From the IMG/VR virus record IMGVR_UViG_3300033076_000313, positions 1 through 62,369 of that record: 62,369 nt of DNA. The stretch is one strand, 5' to 3'. The notes beneath the pieces are model-generated. The model was not told the origin of the DNA. It did not search any database and saw only the letters and a program-made list of their open reading frames with translations. Of the stretch, positions 47,881 to 56,577 are shown piece after piece; positions within the stretch are counted from its first letter, which is position 1; every line of letters begins with the position of its first letter. Source of the DNA: a virus (taxonomy: Duplodnaviria; Caudoviricetes). Both the position numbers and the translations under genes were made by a program.

Positions 47881-48522
47881 ATGGGATGGACAGAATTTAG
47901 AGATTACCCCGAACTGAGCCGCGCCGAGATTATCCGCCGCGAACTCAGCCAAGCACCCACCGCAGAAAACCCCCGCGCTTGGGGCTTTGAATACATCACA
48001 GAACGAGGCTCCACCGTGTACGCGATAGGCTGGCATGACGCACCAGACCAGCCGCGCCGCTATTTTGGTTTGGTTTGTCTCACCAGCCGCCACCGCTCCC
48101 CGCACTTTGGCCGCGCATTCAGTTACAAAGACATGACCGAGGACATGGGCCCCTATAAGTACGAAGCACCGAAAAAAATGCTGGACTTACTCGACCAGCT
48201 GGCACCAAACCCGACAGGGTACGCCAAAGGCTGGCGCGAAGCCTGCCGCGAACACCTAGCAAGGAAGAAAACAAAGAAGCACCAAGCAGGCGACAAGGTG
48301 AAATTATGGGGCCACGTTTACACGTTACAAGCACCAGCAGGGCCGCGCCGTGGCTGGCACGTAAGGCAAGACGAGACGGGCCAAGCCTACCGCATGAACG
48401 CCCACCAACTCAGCAAGGCCCAACACGTAGAAAACCAAGAGCCACCGCCAGTATTTTCTAAAGAAGTCACGCCCGAACAATTCATGCGCGACCACTTCCA
48501 AATAATCCACGTCACAGGCTAA
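47881..48522 (+). CDS. conserved phage/MGE hypothetical protein
   Basis: MGWT..FSYKDMTEDMGP..WREAC motif; AGGAGC-N7-ATG. Confidence 0.75.
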   Translation: MGWTEFRDYPELSRAEIIRRELSQAPTAENPRAWGFEYITERGSTVYAIGWHDAPDQPRRYFGLVCLTSRHRSPHFGRAFSYKDMTEDMGPYKYEAPKKMLDLLDQLAPNPTGYAKGWREACREHLARKKTKKHQAGDKVKLWGHVYTLQAPAGPRRGWHVRQDETGQAYRMNAHQLSKAQHVENQEPPPVFSKEVTPEQFMRDHFQIIHVTG

Positions 48523-48525
48523 ACA

Positions 48526-49203
48526 ATGCGAACGCTAATCATTAAAGAATCAAGCAACAAGAAAACGGGCCCCATCCCGACCACGTACGCCGAGCGCAAG
48601 ACGTGCCCGCCCAGCTGTGCGCATTACCGCTCGAGCTGCTACGCTGAAGGCTATCACACGGCCCTAGCTTGGAACCGTGCCGAGACAGGCGCAACCGTGG
48701 CAGAACTTGCCGACTTTATCCGAGCACTCCCAGCGGGCCAGCTCTGGCGCCATGCCGTGGCGGGCGACTTATGGGGAGAAGGTGAAACCGTAGACGCTGC
48801 CGCGCTGGGTGAAATTGTCGCAGCCAACACGGGCCGCCGTGGGTTTACATACACCCACAAAAAGAGCCCCGAGGCCATCCGCTGGGTGCGCGAGGCCAAC
48901 CGCTGGGGCTTTACCGTGAACCTCAGCGCGGACGATGCAGGCGAAGCCGACAAACTCGCAGCCCTTAACGCTGGGCCCGTGGTTTGTATCGTGCCCGAAG
49001 ATACACCCAACAACACCACCACGCCCGAAGGCCGACCAATCACGATATGCCCCGCGCAAACCGTGCAATATATGACCTGTGCAACGTGCCAGCTATGCCA
49101 GAAGGCCGACCGCCGCGCCATTATCGGTTTCCGTGCCCACGGTATGCGAGCAAAAGCAGCCGAAGCCAAAGCCCGCCGCGTAATCCCAATTTTGAAAGCC
49201 TAA
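48526..49203 (+). CDS. Cys-rich conserved phage protein (putative metal/Fe-S binding)
   Basis: SNKKTGPIP..TCPPSC..CYA..WRHAVAGD..GFTYTH..NLSAD..CPAQ..CATCQLC..GFRAHG. Confidence 0.75.
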   Translation: MRTLIIKESSNKKTGPIPTTYAERKTCPPSCAHYRSSCYAEGYHTALAWNRAETGATVAELADFIRALPAGQLWRHAVAGDLWGEGETVDAAALGEIVAANTGRRGFTYTHKKSPEAIRWVREANRWGFTVNLSADDAGEADKLAALNAGPVVCIVPEDTPNNTTTPEGRPITICPAQTVQYMTCATCQLCQKADRRAIIGFRAHGMRAKAAEAKARRVIPILKA

Positions 49204-49445
49204 ACCATGCAAACAACCCGCGAACAATACAACACGCAAAGAGCACGAGCCCAACAAACCGCGAATTTTTACGGCCACCCGCTTGATTTAGTGATTGTCA
49301 GAGAAAGAGGCTACCCCGACAGGGTTTCAATAATTGGAAACGCAATAAACCGAGCGACCGCCGAAAGTTGGAAAAATGAAAAAACAAGAGTCCGCACAAT
49401 TTGCAAGATATACCCACAAACACAGAAAGCCTAAACCATGCAAAC
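49194..49445 (+). repeat. 21-bp direct repeats GAAAGCCTAAACCATGCAAAC flanking one gene
   Basis: Identical at 49194-49214 and 49425-49445. Confidence 0.85.
49207..49434 (+). CDS. hypothetical protein
   Basis: ORF precisely bounded by the 21-bp repeats. Confidence 0.6.
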   Translation: MQTTREQYNTQRARAQQTANFYGHPLDLVIVRERGYPDRVSIIGNAINRATAESWKNEKTRVRTICKIYPQTQKA

Positions 49446-49692
49446 CAAACACCAACAACAACGCCCACGCCTACGCATCGCCAGCACAAGCCCGCAGCGC
49501 CTCTATTTTGTGGAAATAACGCGCTACCAGAACCCAAGCCAGCGCACCTACTACGCCACCCCACGCGAGGCCGCTGAAGCCTACGCCGAAGCCGTGGACG
49601 CAATCGCGTTTTATGAGGACGTGGCACAGGTCAGACAGGGTCAGCAGCTGGGCCGCGCCCGCACGATAACCCAACGTTTCACCAACTTATGA
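49438..49692 (+). CDS. hypothetical protein
   Basis: Contiguous ORF. Confidence 0.6.
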   Translation: MQTKHQQQRPRLRIASTSPQRLYFVEITRYQNPSQRTYYATPREAAEAYAEAVDAIAFYEDVAQVRQGQQLGRARTITQRFTNL

Positions 49693-49699
49693 GGGCCTT

Positions 49700-49969
49700 A
49701 TGTTCGACTTAATAACGTGCCCCCACTGTGAATATGTCGCCCACATTGGCAGCTTAATTGGGCCGACTACCGACGACTGCCCGCGCTGCGGTAAACGTGC
49801 GCTATACAACGTGCCCCAGTTACTGAGAGAGGCCGAGCAACTGAGAGAGGCGCTCTACATGGCACTGCCCTTTGTGGAAGACCACGAAGGGAACCCAGCA
49901 TATAAACCCCAAGCCGTGGCCCAAGCCGTGGCCCGTATCCGCAAAGCACTAGGAGAACCCAAACCATGA
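49700..49969 (+). CDS. Zn-ribbon hypothetical protein
   Basis: CPHC...CPRC; GAGG RBS. Confidence 0.65.
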   Translation: MFDLITCPHCEYVAHIGSLIGPTTDDCPRCGKRALYNVPQLLREAEQLREALYMALPFVEDHEGNPAYKPQAVAQAVARIRKALGEPKP

Positions 49970-50145
49970 AACACACCGAAGCCGACTACATCCGCGCAGG
50001 CTACGACTACGAACGCGCCGCACCACAACGCGCCGCAGGAGTGGCCGAGCGCATCCGCAGCATGATGGAAAAAGAACACCACACCGACAAACCAGAGGCC
50101 CGCCGCTTAATTGAGCAAGGCCGAACAGAAGCCCGTAAAAACTGA
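49966..50145 (+). CDS. hypothetical protein (59 aa)
   Basis: AGGAG RBS; MKHTEADYIRAGYDYE... Confidence 0.65.
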   Translation: MKHTEADYIRAGYDYERAAPQRAAGVAERIRSMMEKEHHTDKPEARRLIEQGRTEARKN

Positions 50146-50157
50146 GAGAGGCCCAAC

Positions 50158-50406
50158 ATGAAACACAGCGAACGATTTGCCCTTGACCACTTCTTGACAG
50201 AGTACCCGCGCAATCTGTCTTTTGATGAAGTGATTGACATGATATTAGACGACGACAACGAAGACGTGGGCCTTGTTGAAATGATTAACGACTTACGCCA
50301 GCACTTTGAGTGCGTGGTGGATGGCATGAAGTGGGGCATTGAACTGGCCCGGCTGACCGAAGAAGACAGCGAAGCAGAACGCGCAACACATACCCAAACC
50401 AACTGA
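50158..50406 (+). CDS. hypothetical acidic protein
   Basis: GAGG RBS within the repeated junction. Confidence 0.7.
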   Translation: MKHSERFALDHFLTEYPRNLSFDEVIDMILDDDNEDVGLVEMINDLRQHFECVVDGMKWGIELARLTEEDSEAERATHTQTN

Positions 50407-50418
50407 GAGAGGCCGAAC

Positions 50419-50616
50419 ATGACAACATTTATCGAAATCCAAGACAGAAGCCGCATGGTTTACACCGTGAACGCTTCACACATTTTAAAAATGTATTACT
50501 GCTCATACCAAGGCGACACATGGACGCGAGTGATTCTCACGACTGGTGGCGGCATGATTGACAGCCCATTGACCATAGACCAGATACTGGCCCGCATTAA
50601 ATCAGCAACTAAGTGA
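50419..50616 (+). CDS. hypothetical protein
   Basis: GAGG RBS within the repeated junction. Confidence 0.65.
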   Translation: MTTFIEIQDRSRMVYTVNASHILKMYYCSYQGDTWTRVILTTGGGMIDSPLTIDQILARIKSATK

Positions 50617-50624
50617 GGCGCAAC

Positions 50625-50798
50625 ATGAAAAAATTTAAAGTGACCGCAGTATCGCGTACCTATTTTGAAATTGAAATCGAGGCAGAAGATGAAAACCAAG
50701 CATGGCAACTCGCCAATGAGGCCGATGGCGGTCAATTCACAGCCCTCCAAGGCGACGATGGAGACTGGGAAATCTATGACGTTAAACCAACTGAGTGA
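50625..50798 (+). CDS. small acidic protein
   Basis: MKKFKVTAVSRTYFEIEIEAEDENQAWQLA. Confidence 0.65.
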   Translation: MKKFKVTAVSRTYFEIEIEAEDENQAWQLANEADGGQFTALQGDDGDWEIYDVKPTE

Positions 50799-50806
50799 GG
50801 CGCATA

Positions 50807-51284
50807 ATGTGGCCGTTTCCACCACCAACAGGCCCGATACCATGGACACCAAAGCAAATAAAAGAGTACGCGAAGCAGCAGAGAGAGAAAGAGCCCGAGG
50901 CGCCGATGTGAGTTACGGCTGGCCAACTTCCCGTTGTTTCCCGCGCACGTTTAATGAGGCGTTTAAAGACGCGCCAGAAAACGCAGAGTGGTGGTATCCA
51001 CCTGAGCAAAGAACCAGAGACAAGATATTTTTCTGGCTTAGTGTGGCGCTTTGGACTGGGCTTGCCATCTACTTATGGAAAACAAAGTGACCAACATCTT
51101 TGCCGTATATCTCACTGAGGATGAAGACGGAACCGTGTACGCCAAGGCCGAGATTGTGGGCAAACCCACCACGGCCATGGACATAGGCATCGAAATTATG
51201 ACGGGCCTAAAGATGCTGGAGCAAGACAACGCTGGACGGTTTAAGGTGCAGCGTTTTGCCCAGTTTTCAGACAGCACCCATTGA
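50807..51284 (+). CDS. three coupled small ORFs (50807-50911 MWPFPPPTGP..., 50908-51090 C-terminal TM protein, 51087-51284)
   Basis: GAGG RBS before 50807; successive GTGA start/stop overlaps. Confidence 0.5.
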
Positions 51285-52097
51285 CTTAACAAGGGACTGG
51301 CTGAACTTAAAGAGGCCGAGACGTTTGAGCGCGTCATCGGCATCTTCTCCAACTGTATCGCTCATCCAATACGGCCAACCAATTTCACTGGCCACCCGCT
51401 CCCCAGTCTTGCTCTCGTCGTTGTCAGCCACAACGAATCCAGAACTTAGAGAGGCCGCGACTTTCGCCATATTGCCCGCACTGAAACAGACATGAATGGT
51501 GTATCGCCGCTTCATGTTCTTGAGTGCCTTACGAATAGCTAAGCCCGTGGCATAGCCCTCGCACAGAATGTTCGGCCCCTTGTTGTCGAAGATGAAGGTG
51601 GCCCCGCTTGTACGCTGACCAAACAAAAACTTCTTGATGCCGGCCTCGTCAATCATCTGGCAACCAACCAAGTGACCATCGACGCGCATGGGAATCACCA
51701 TTGTCTTGGTTCCATCCTTGGCCCAGACGTTGACCATCTCATCTTCATATCCCTTTGCTTTGAGATACTGATGCTGGCCGAACTGGCACTGCTTGAGAAT
51801 CCAAGCCGCCTTGCCTGCTGCTTCACGTTGTTGCCTGCGCTTCTTGTCTTCAGCCGCCTGCACGTCACGCATTAGCTTGGCACGGTCAAAACTGTTTGGC
51901 TTATCCGAGCGCCACACTTCAACTTCCAAATTGGTGGCCCAGTTTTGAACAAAACCGTGGTCACCCATGTACTTCACTGCACCGTTGCGCTTATGTGGGT
52001 GGTCAACTGTTGGATACCTGCGCCACACTCCAAGCGGAGGCAGATGGTCAATCAAGATGTCGTTGAGTTTGCAATAGGTTAAGAAGTCCATGCTCAT
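51267..52097 (-). CDS. Toprim-domain primase-like protein
   Basis: ILCEGYATG and VVADND Toprim motifs; GEDADD; next to the helicase. Confidence 0.8.
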   Translation of the reverse strand: MSMDFLTYCKLNDILIDHLPPLGVWRRYPTVDHPHKRNGAVKYMGDHGFVQNWATNLEVEVWRSDKPNSFDRAKLMRDVQAAEDKKRRQQREAAGKAAWILKQCQFGQHQYLKAKGYEDEMVNVWAKDGTKTMVIPMRVDGHLVGCQMIDEAGIKKFLFGQRTSGATFIFDNKGPNILCEGYATGLAIRKALKNMKRRYTIHVCFSAGNMAKVAASLSSGFVVADNDESKTGERVASEIGWPYWMSDTVGEDADDALKRLGLFKFSQSLVKSMGAV

Positions 52098-52330
52098 GCT
52101 TCACCTCTTGCTCGGATTGCAGCGGCGGTCTGATTCAAATAAATCAAATCTCTGACGTTTGTCGCTTTTTCTGCCAGTTCGTCAAACACTTTTGCACACG
52201 CCTCACGCTCTTTAGCTGCCACCAGTTTGGCAAAGTGTTCTAGTTCTTCCGTGAAGAATGGCCAATATTGAGCGTGTTCATAGTTGCCGACAACCAATTT
52301 AGCCATCTCAATGATTTCATCTTGTGTCAT
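52094..52330 (-). CDS. hypothetical protein
   Basis: FAKLVAAKEREACAK..AAAIRARGE, a common phage accessory family. Confidence 0.7.
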   Translation of the reverse strand: MTQDEIIEMAKLVVGNYEHAQYWPFFTEELEHFAKLVAAKEREACAKVFDELAEKATNVRDLIYLNQTAAAIRARGEA

Positions 52331-53820
52331 TTGACCATCCCCTTTTGTTTGCCCTTCAAGTACCGAATCATGGCCGCTTTTGCTGCCTTCTCAAACTTCA
52401 CATCCGGTGGCATCGGTGTTGTGTGCAGCCCCTTGGGCCATACGCCAAACTGGTTCTTGTACGCAGCCAGCGCGCGCTTCTCTGACCAGCCGCCATACTT
52501 GATCTTGAACTGACACATAGACCAGAAGTCCTGTTTGTTTTCCCGCGACATGGCCCCTTTGAGCTCTTCCATTTCGCCAGCAACCTCAGCCACCTTGCTG
52601 CGCCGCTCTCGGGTGTGGCCACAATGCAGGCAAGTATCTGAACCAGATGGCCAGAGACAACCACATGAAGGACACTTGGCTTCTTTCTTCTCGCTCTCTG
52701 TCTTCTCAGGCTTGGACTTTTCCTTGCCATCGTCGAGCTCATGGACGCCGTGCTCATACACCGCATCCCATTCGTCACGGAACCGAAGGTAGTTACCGCT
52801 GTGGTCAAGCCAAACTGCGAATGGCTTTTCCTCTGGTGCATGAGGCATACCACGCATGACGCGACCCATCTGCTGGATGTGGCTGGACAAAGACTTTGAG
52901 AAAGGCCGAGCCGATACCCCGATCATCACGTCAGGAACGTCAAAACCTTTGGTGAGAATGTCGGTAGCGATCAAGCCATGTATCTCTGTGTCAGGCTTGC
53001 TGAAGTCTTCAATCACATCCTTCTTGAACTCGTCATCATCCTTGTAGCTGATGCTGATGAAGTTGTAGCCCTGCTCTGCGAACTTCTTTGACAAGTCTGC
53101 GCCGTGCTCCACACCAGAGCAGAACACAATAGTCTTGCGAGGCCGACCATAAATCTCATGTGTCTTCTTAACCCACTCAGCAACGATGTCGCCAGTGATC
53201 TGCATACCGCGTGAGGTTGAATCTTTCTGTGACCATTCGCCGGCCACCTTGGTTGCGCCAGTCATGTCAATCTCTTTGGCAACGAACACACGCAAAGGAA
53301 CCAGAACCTTTTGATCGACCAGCTCTCGCGTGGTGATGGTGCTGATGACGGACTCGTACACATTGCCCAAGCCCTTGGTGAATGGCGTGGCAGACAAGCC
53401 AATAACACGCACGTCAGGGTTGTTCTTGATGAACTCGATTGTCTGTGCCCGAGTCTGGTGACACTCGTCCACGATCAACAAGTTGAGACCGGGAAATGAG
53501 CCGCGCTTTTCAATGGTTTGAGCAGAGCAAATCTGGATGTTTTCGTAGGGCCGATACCGCCAGTGGCCTGACTGCATGACGCCATGGGGAATCTTGTACT
53601 TCTCCAAACGCTGGCTGGTCTGGTCACACAAGATGATGCGATCAAGCAGCATGGCCGCTTTGTTGCCCTTGGTTTTGGTGGCTTCAAGCAGAGCGATTGC
53701 CATCTCTGTTTTGCCAGCGCCCGTAGGGGCATAAAGAATCATAGACCGATTGCCTGCTGCAAACCCTTTGCGTAAGGCTTCTAGGGTATCGGCCTGATAC
53801 CCACGTAGGTTAAGTGCCAT
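52327..53820 (-). CDS. SF2 DExH-box helicase with C-terminal Zn finger
   Basis: LRGYQ, APTGAGKT, DECH, GLSATP, LTKGFDVP, QQMGRVMR, CPSC..CLHC. Confidence 0.92.
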   Translation of the reverse strand: MALNLRGYQADTLEALRKGFAAGNRSMILYAPTGAGKTEMAIALLEATKTKGNKAAMLLDRIILCDQTSQRLEKYKIPHGVMQSGHWRYRPYENIQICSAQTIEKRGSFPGLNLLIVDECHQTRAQTIEFIKNNPDVRVIGLSATPFTKGLGNVYESVISTITTRELVDQKVLVPLRVFVAKEIDMTGATKVAGEWSQKDSTSRGMQITGDIVAEWVKKTHEIYGRPRKTIVFCSGVEHGADLSKKFAEQGYNFISISYKDDDEFKKDVIEDFSKPDTEIHGLIATDILTKGFDVPDVMIGVSARPFSKSLSSHIQQMGRVMRGMPHAPEEKPFAVWLDHSGNYLRFRDEWDAVYEHGVHELDDGKEKSKPEKTESEKKEAKCPSCGCLWPSGSDTCLHCGHTRERRSKVAEVAGEMEELKGAMSRENKQDFWSMCQFKIKYGGWSEKRALAAYKNQFGVWPKGLHTTPMPPDVKFEKAAKAAMIRYLKGKQKGMVK

Positions 53821-53862
53821 TTACTTCTCCACTGCCAGCACACAACGCCTGCTGGCTTAGGC

Positions 53863-53883
53863 GAACCAGAACCGTTCTGGTTC
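53863..53883. repeat. 21-bp palindrome variant GAACCAGAAC-C-GTTCTGGTTC, copy 4
   Basis: Perfect palindrome with a symmetric C>A/G>T change; upstream of the helicase. Confidence 0.85.
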
Positions 53884-54080
53884 TACTTCTTGTCCAACTC
53901 ATCAATACATCGGCGCAGATACACCGACAGATCAAGAGCTTCTTCGTAAGCGTGTTGCAACCAAGCACGGTACAGCAATGGGTTTTGCTCCACCGAAATA
54001 CCGTACTTGTTCATGCCAAACGCCTGACGACGTGCGATGTCTTCACATACACGCTTCTCAGTGCCGCTTGCTTCAACCAT
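53883..54080 (-). CDS. small all-alpha NTP-pyrophosphatase-like protein
   Basis: RQAFGMNKYG..WLQHAYEEALDLSVYL (EExxD). Confidence 0.6.
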   Translation of the reverse strand: MVEASGTEKRVCEDIARRQAFGMNKYGISVEQNPLLYRAWLQHAYEEALDLSVYLRRCIDELDKK

Positions 54081-54246
54081 GACTGGCCTCCGCCATGCTT
54101 ACCTCAACCCAGCGCATGATGCTCTCGTCATAGATCATGGGAGGCATCACTGGGTGGTGGATTACAACATCGTTGGCTGACGTTAAGGTTACTGTTGTCC
54201 GTTCGTCATATCCAAACGGGAACTCGGTTACATACTGTGGTGTCAT
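54073..54246 (-). CDS. hypothetical protein (57 aa)
   Basis: AGAAAGAAG upstream; fills the gap with overlaps on both sides. Confidence 0.5.
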   Translation of the reverse strand: MTPQYVTEFPFGYDERTTVTLTSANDVVIHHPVMPPMIYDESIMRWVEVSMAEASHG

Positions 54247-54458
54247 GCTTCTTTCTCCAAAGGGACATCACGCCACTCACCAAGCTTTGGCGATGGCAAT
54301 GTGTTTCCATCTTTGTCTGTGATGTGAACTGCCAACGTGATGTCGCCAGCCTCCCACCATTGCTGGAGAACACGCTGCTTGAAAGGCTCCTTAAAGCTCT
54401 CTCCGTTTTTGACGTAGCAATCACGCTCAATAAAGCGCAGTTTGTTTGTTGGTTTCAT
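54243..54458 (-). CDS. hypothetical protein
   Basis: MKPTNKLRFIER..LQQWWE..GEWRDVPLE. Confidence 0.7.
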   Translation of the reverse strand: MKPTNKLRFIERDCYVKNGESFKEPFKQRVLQQWWEAGDITLAVHITDKDGNTLPSPKLGEWRDVPLEKEA

Positions 54459-55267
54459 GGTTGCAACTTCAGTTTCTTAACGTACATGGCGCACTGTTTC
54501 TTCAACTGTGCACACTCGGATTGGAACTGGTCACGGCTTTGCTTCACTGCGGCCAACTCAATCTTCAGGATGCGAACCTCTTCGCGCAGACTTTCGATTG
54601 TCTCAGCAGCCATGGCTTTCTCTTCCTCTGTGCCTTCCATTGCGGCCACAGCAAGGCGGTCAGCGAGACGTTCGTTGTCAGCCATCAGCTCAGTCACCAT
54701 CTCCATGTGCTCATGGTCAACTTCTTCAACTGGGTCGGCTGCAACTGGCTCAGGTTCTGGCTTCTCCTTCTTCTTAGGCACGCGCTTTTCTGCAATCGTG
54801 CCGTCTGCCATCTTGAATTTGCGAACGGCAGGTGCATCATCACCACGCAGCTTGGCCACGAAACGATCTGACACACCGCACTGACGGGCGATCTCAGCAT
54901 TGCTCCATGTGGACAACTCAAAGTCAGCAAGGGCGCGCATCACAGACTTCACTTTGTCTGCGTTGGTTCGACGCATACCGTGCTTGCTATTTGCGCCAAG
55001 CGAATGCAGCCACGCATCACGGCTGGTTCCTTCGCGCACATCAGCAAGGATGGAGCCCAAGTTAAGTTTCTTGGTGGCAAAGTAACGGTGGAAACCATCG
55101 GCCAGCCAGTAGCTCACGCCATCAAAGAACGTCAATATCGCTGGGAACTCGACGCCCTCATCCATGTGCTCGGCATACTCGTTAATCAAGGCTTGGTTGA
55201 TCTCATCGCGTGACTGCGTATCGCCGTCGATACGAATCACGTCAATGCCAAGTAACTTACGCTCCAT
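54455..55267 (-). CDS. ParB N-terminal-like domain + HTH protein
   Basis: TQSR..YWLADGFHRYFA (ParB/Srx GxxR-like), ANSKHG, WSNAEIARQCGVSDRFVAKLR HTH, C-terminal coiled coil. Start taken at MERKLL (GGGAG RBS). Confidence 0.75.
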   Translation of the reverse strand: MERKLLGIDVIRIDGDTQSRDEINQALINEYAEHMDEGVEFPAILTFFDGVSYWLADGFHRYFATKKLNLGSILADVREGTSRDAWLHSLGANSKHGMRRTNADKVKSVMRALADFELSTWSNAEIARQCGVSDRFVAKLRGDDAPAVRKFKMADGTIAEKRVPKKKEKPEPEPVAADPVEEVDHEHMEMVTELMADNERLADRLAVAAMEGTEEEKAMAAETIESLREEVRILKIELAAVKQSRDQFQSECAQLKKQCAMYVKKLKLQP

Positions 55268-55682
55268 TGTGGGTCTCCCGTTGTGTCCATCCAATTAAAA
55301 AATACCGCCATTTGGTTTGAATGTTTGGCGTGTTGTATGTCTTACCGTTCCAATGGACTTCTTTGCCCTTGGCCTTCATGTAAGCCTCAAAAACCTGTCG
55401 TGCTTTTGTCATTACTTTTTTCCTGTTAATAGCGCCCGATCAAGGGCTCTGACGGTGGCTTTGAGCTGGGCTACCTGTGCCTCTAGCTCTGCCAACCTAC
55501 GTTCAAGCTGCTCCCTGCTGGGCTTCTCCGCCCTGTACGGGGCTGTCACTCCGATTGGTTTCCTGTTGTTCATCTTTGTGTTCCTGCTTCTTCTTACCCC
55601 AGATCAAGTCGTAGTTTGAACTGAACTTGTTGTGGTCTGTAGGCCGTTGGCTGTCGCCTTTACCGCCATCACCGTGCGTCAT
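55257..55682 (-). CDS. three small coupled ORFs (55503-55682 MTHGDGGKGDSQRP..., 55412-55573 ..LAELEAQVAQ.., 55257-55412)
   Basis: Translated by hand; start/stop overlaps. Confidence 0.5.
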
Positions 55683-55987
55683 GCAACCTCCTTCACAAAC
55701 ACGCCGTCTGCGTTGAGATAGCCCTTGCGATCTTTGATCTCGTTGTAGGCAACCTTCAAGCATGAAACCAAGTCGATGTCTGCTATGACGCAACCCATGA
55801 TGAGCGTCACCAAGATGTCGCCGTATGCGTCGATCATGCCTTCGCGATCATCAGATTTGATGGCGTCAAACAATTCCATCAATTCTTCGTTTGTCTTACG
55901 GGCCTGTGCAAGTGGCGTGCTGTTCTGCACAATTCCACGGGCCTCACCCCAGCGGATCACATCTAGTTCTAGTTCACGGTAGCTCAT
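55679..55987 (-). CDS. MazG-like nucleotide pyrophosphohydrolase
   Basis: WGEARGI..KTNEELMEL..DAYGDILVTL..AYNEIKDRKG..GVFVKE. Confidence 0.85.
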   Translation of the reverse strand: MSYRELELDVIRWGEARGIVQNSTPLAQARKTNEELMELFDAIKSDDREGMIDAYGDILVTLIMGCVIADIDLVSCLKVAYNEIKDRKGYLNADGVFVKEVA

Positions 55988-56295
55988 GTTCGTTTCGCTT
56001 TCTGTTTCAAGTTGTTAATCAATTCGTCAGTGACCTCTTTCATGGTCATGTTCTGCTGTGCTTTGGTCAGAATTGGAACCTTGATTGGCTTTGGACTTCG
56101 GTGGATGTAGGACGGAACCTTTGTCACGCCTTCAATAGTGCCGTGGTTTGGTACTGTTTCCCTCCTCTTCTCGACGTACTTCGACAGTGTCTGTCCTGCT
56201 TTCTTTTGCTTGGCTTCGTTCTTCAAGCTGGTCAAAAGTTCAGGATGATACGTCTTGACATAGTCAGGATGGAATGCGTTGATGACTTGCTTCAC
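55984..56295 (-). CDS. hypothetical protein
   Basis: GTG start; INAFHPDY. Confidence 0.65.
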   Translation of the reverse strand: MKQVINAFHPDYVKTYHPELLTSLKNEAKQKKAGQTLSKYVEKRRETVPNHGTIEGVTKVPSYIHRSPKPIKVPILTKAQQNMTMKEVTDELINNLKQKAKRT

Positions 56296-56388
56296 TCTGT
56301 AGTCTCCAAGTAGTAAATAAAACCGATGAGAATGGCAACCGTAGCGCTCACGCCAACTGCCATCAATAAAACCATAAGGGCGATATTT

Positions 56389-56574
56389 TCAAGCATCGCC
56401 ACCCCTGTTTACACGGCACTGCAAAGCCCAGCCCCAAACCAATCCCCAGATCACCCAGACCCAGCGATCTGCATACGGCCAAAACTCAGGGTCTCGGTTC
56501 CAATTGATGAGCCCAAACAAAACATACACCGCACACAGCATGAGCGGATATGCGATAAGGTCAATGTATTTCAT
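56389..56574 (-). CDS. small membrane protein
   Basis: AAGGAG RBS; two hydrophobic segments. Confidence 0.65.
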   Translation of the reverse strand: MKYIDLIAYPLMLCAVYVLFGLINWNRDPEFWPYADRWVWVIWGLVWGWALQCRVNRGGDA

Positions 56575-56577
56575 GTC

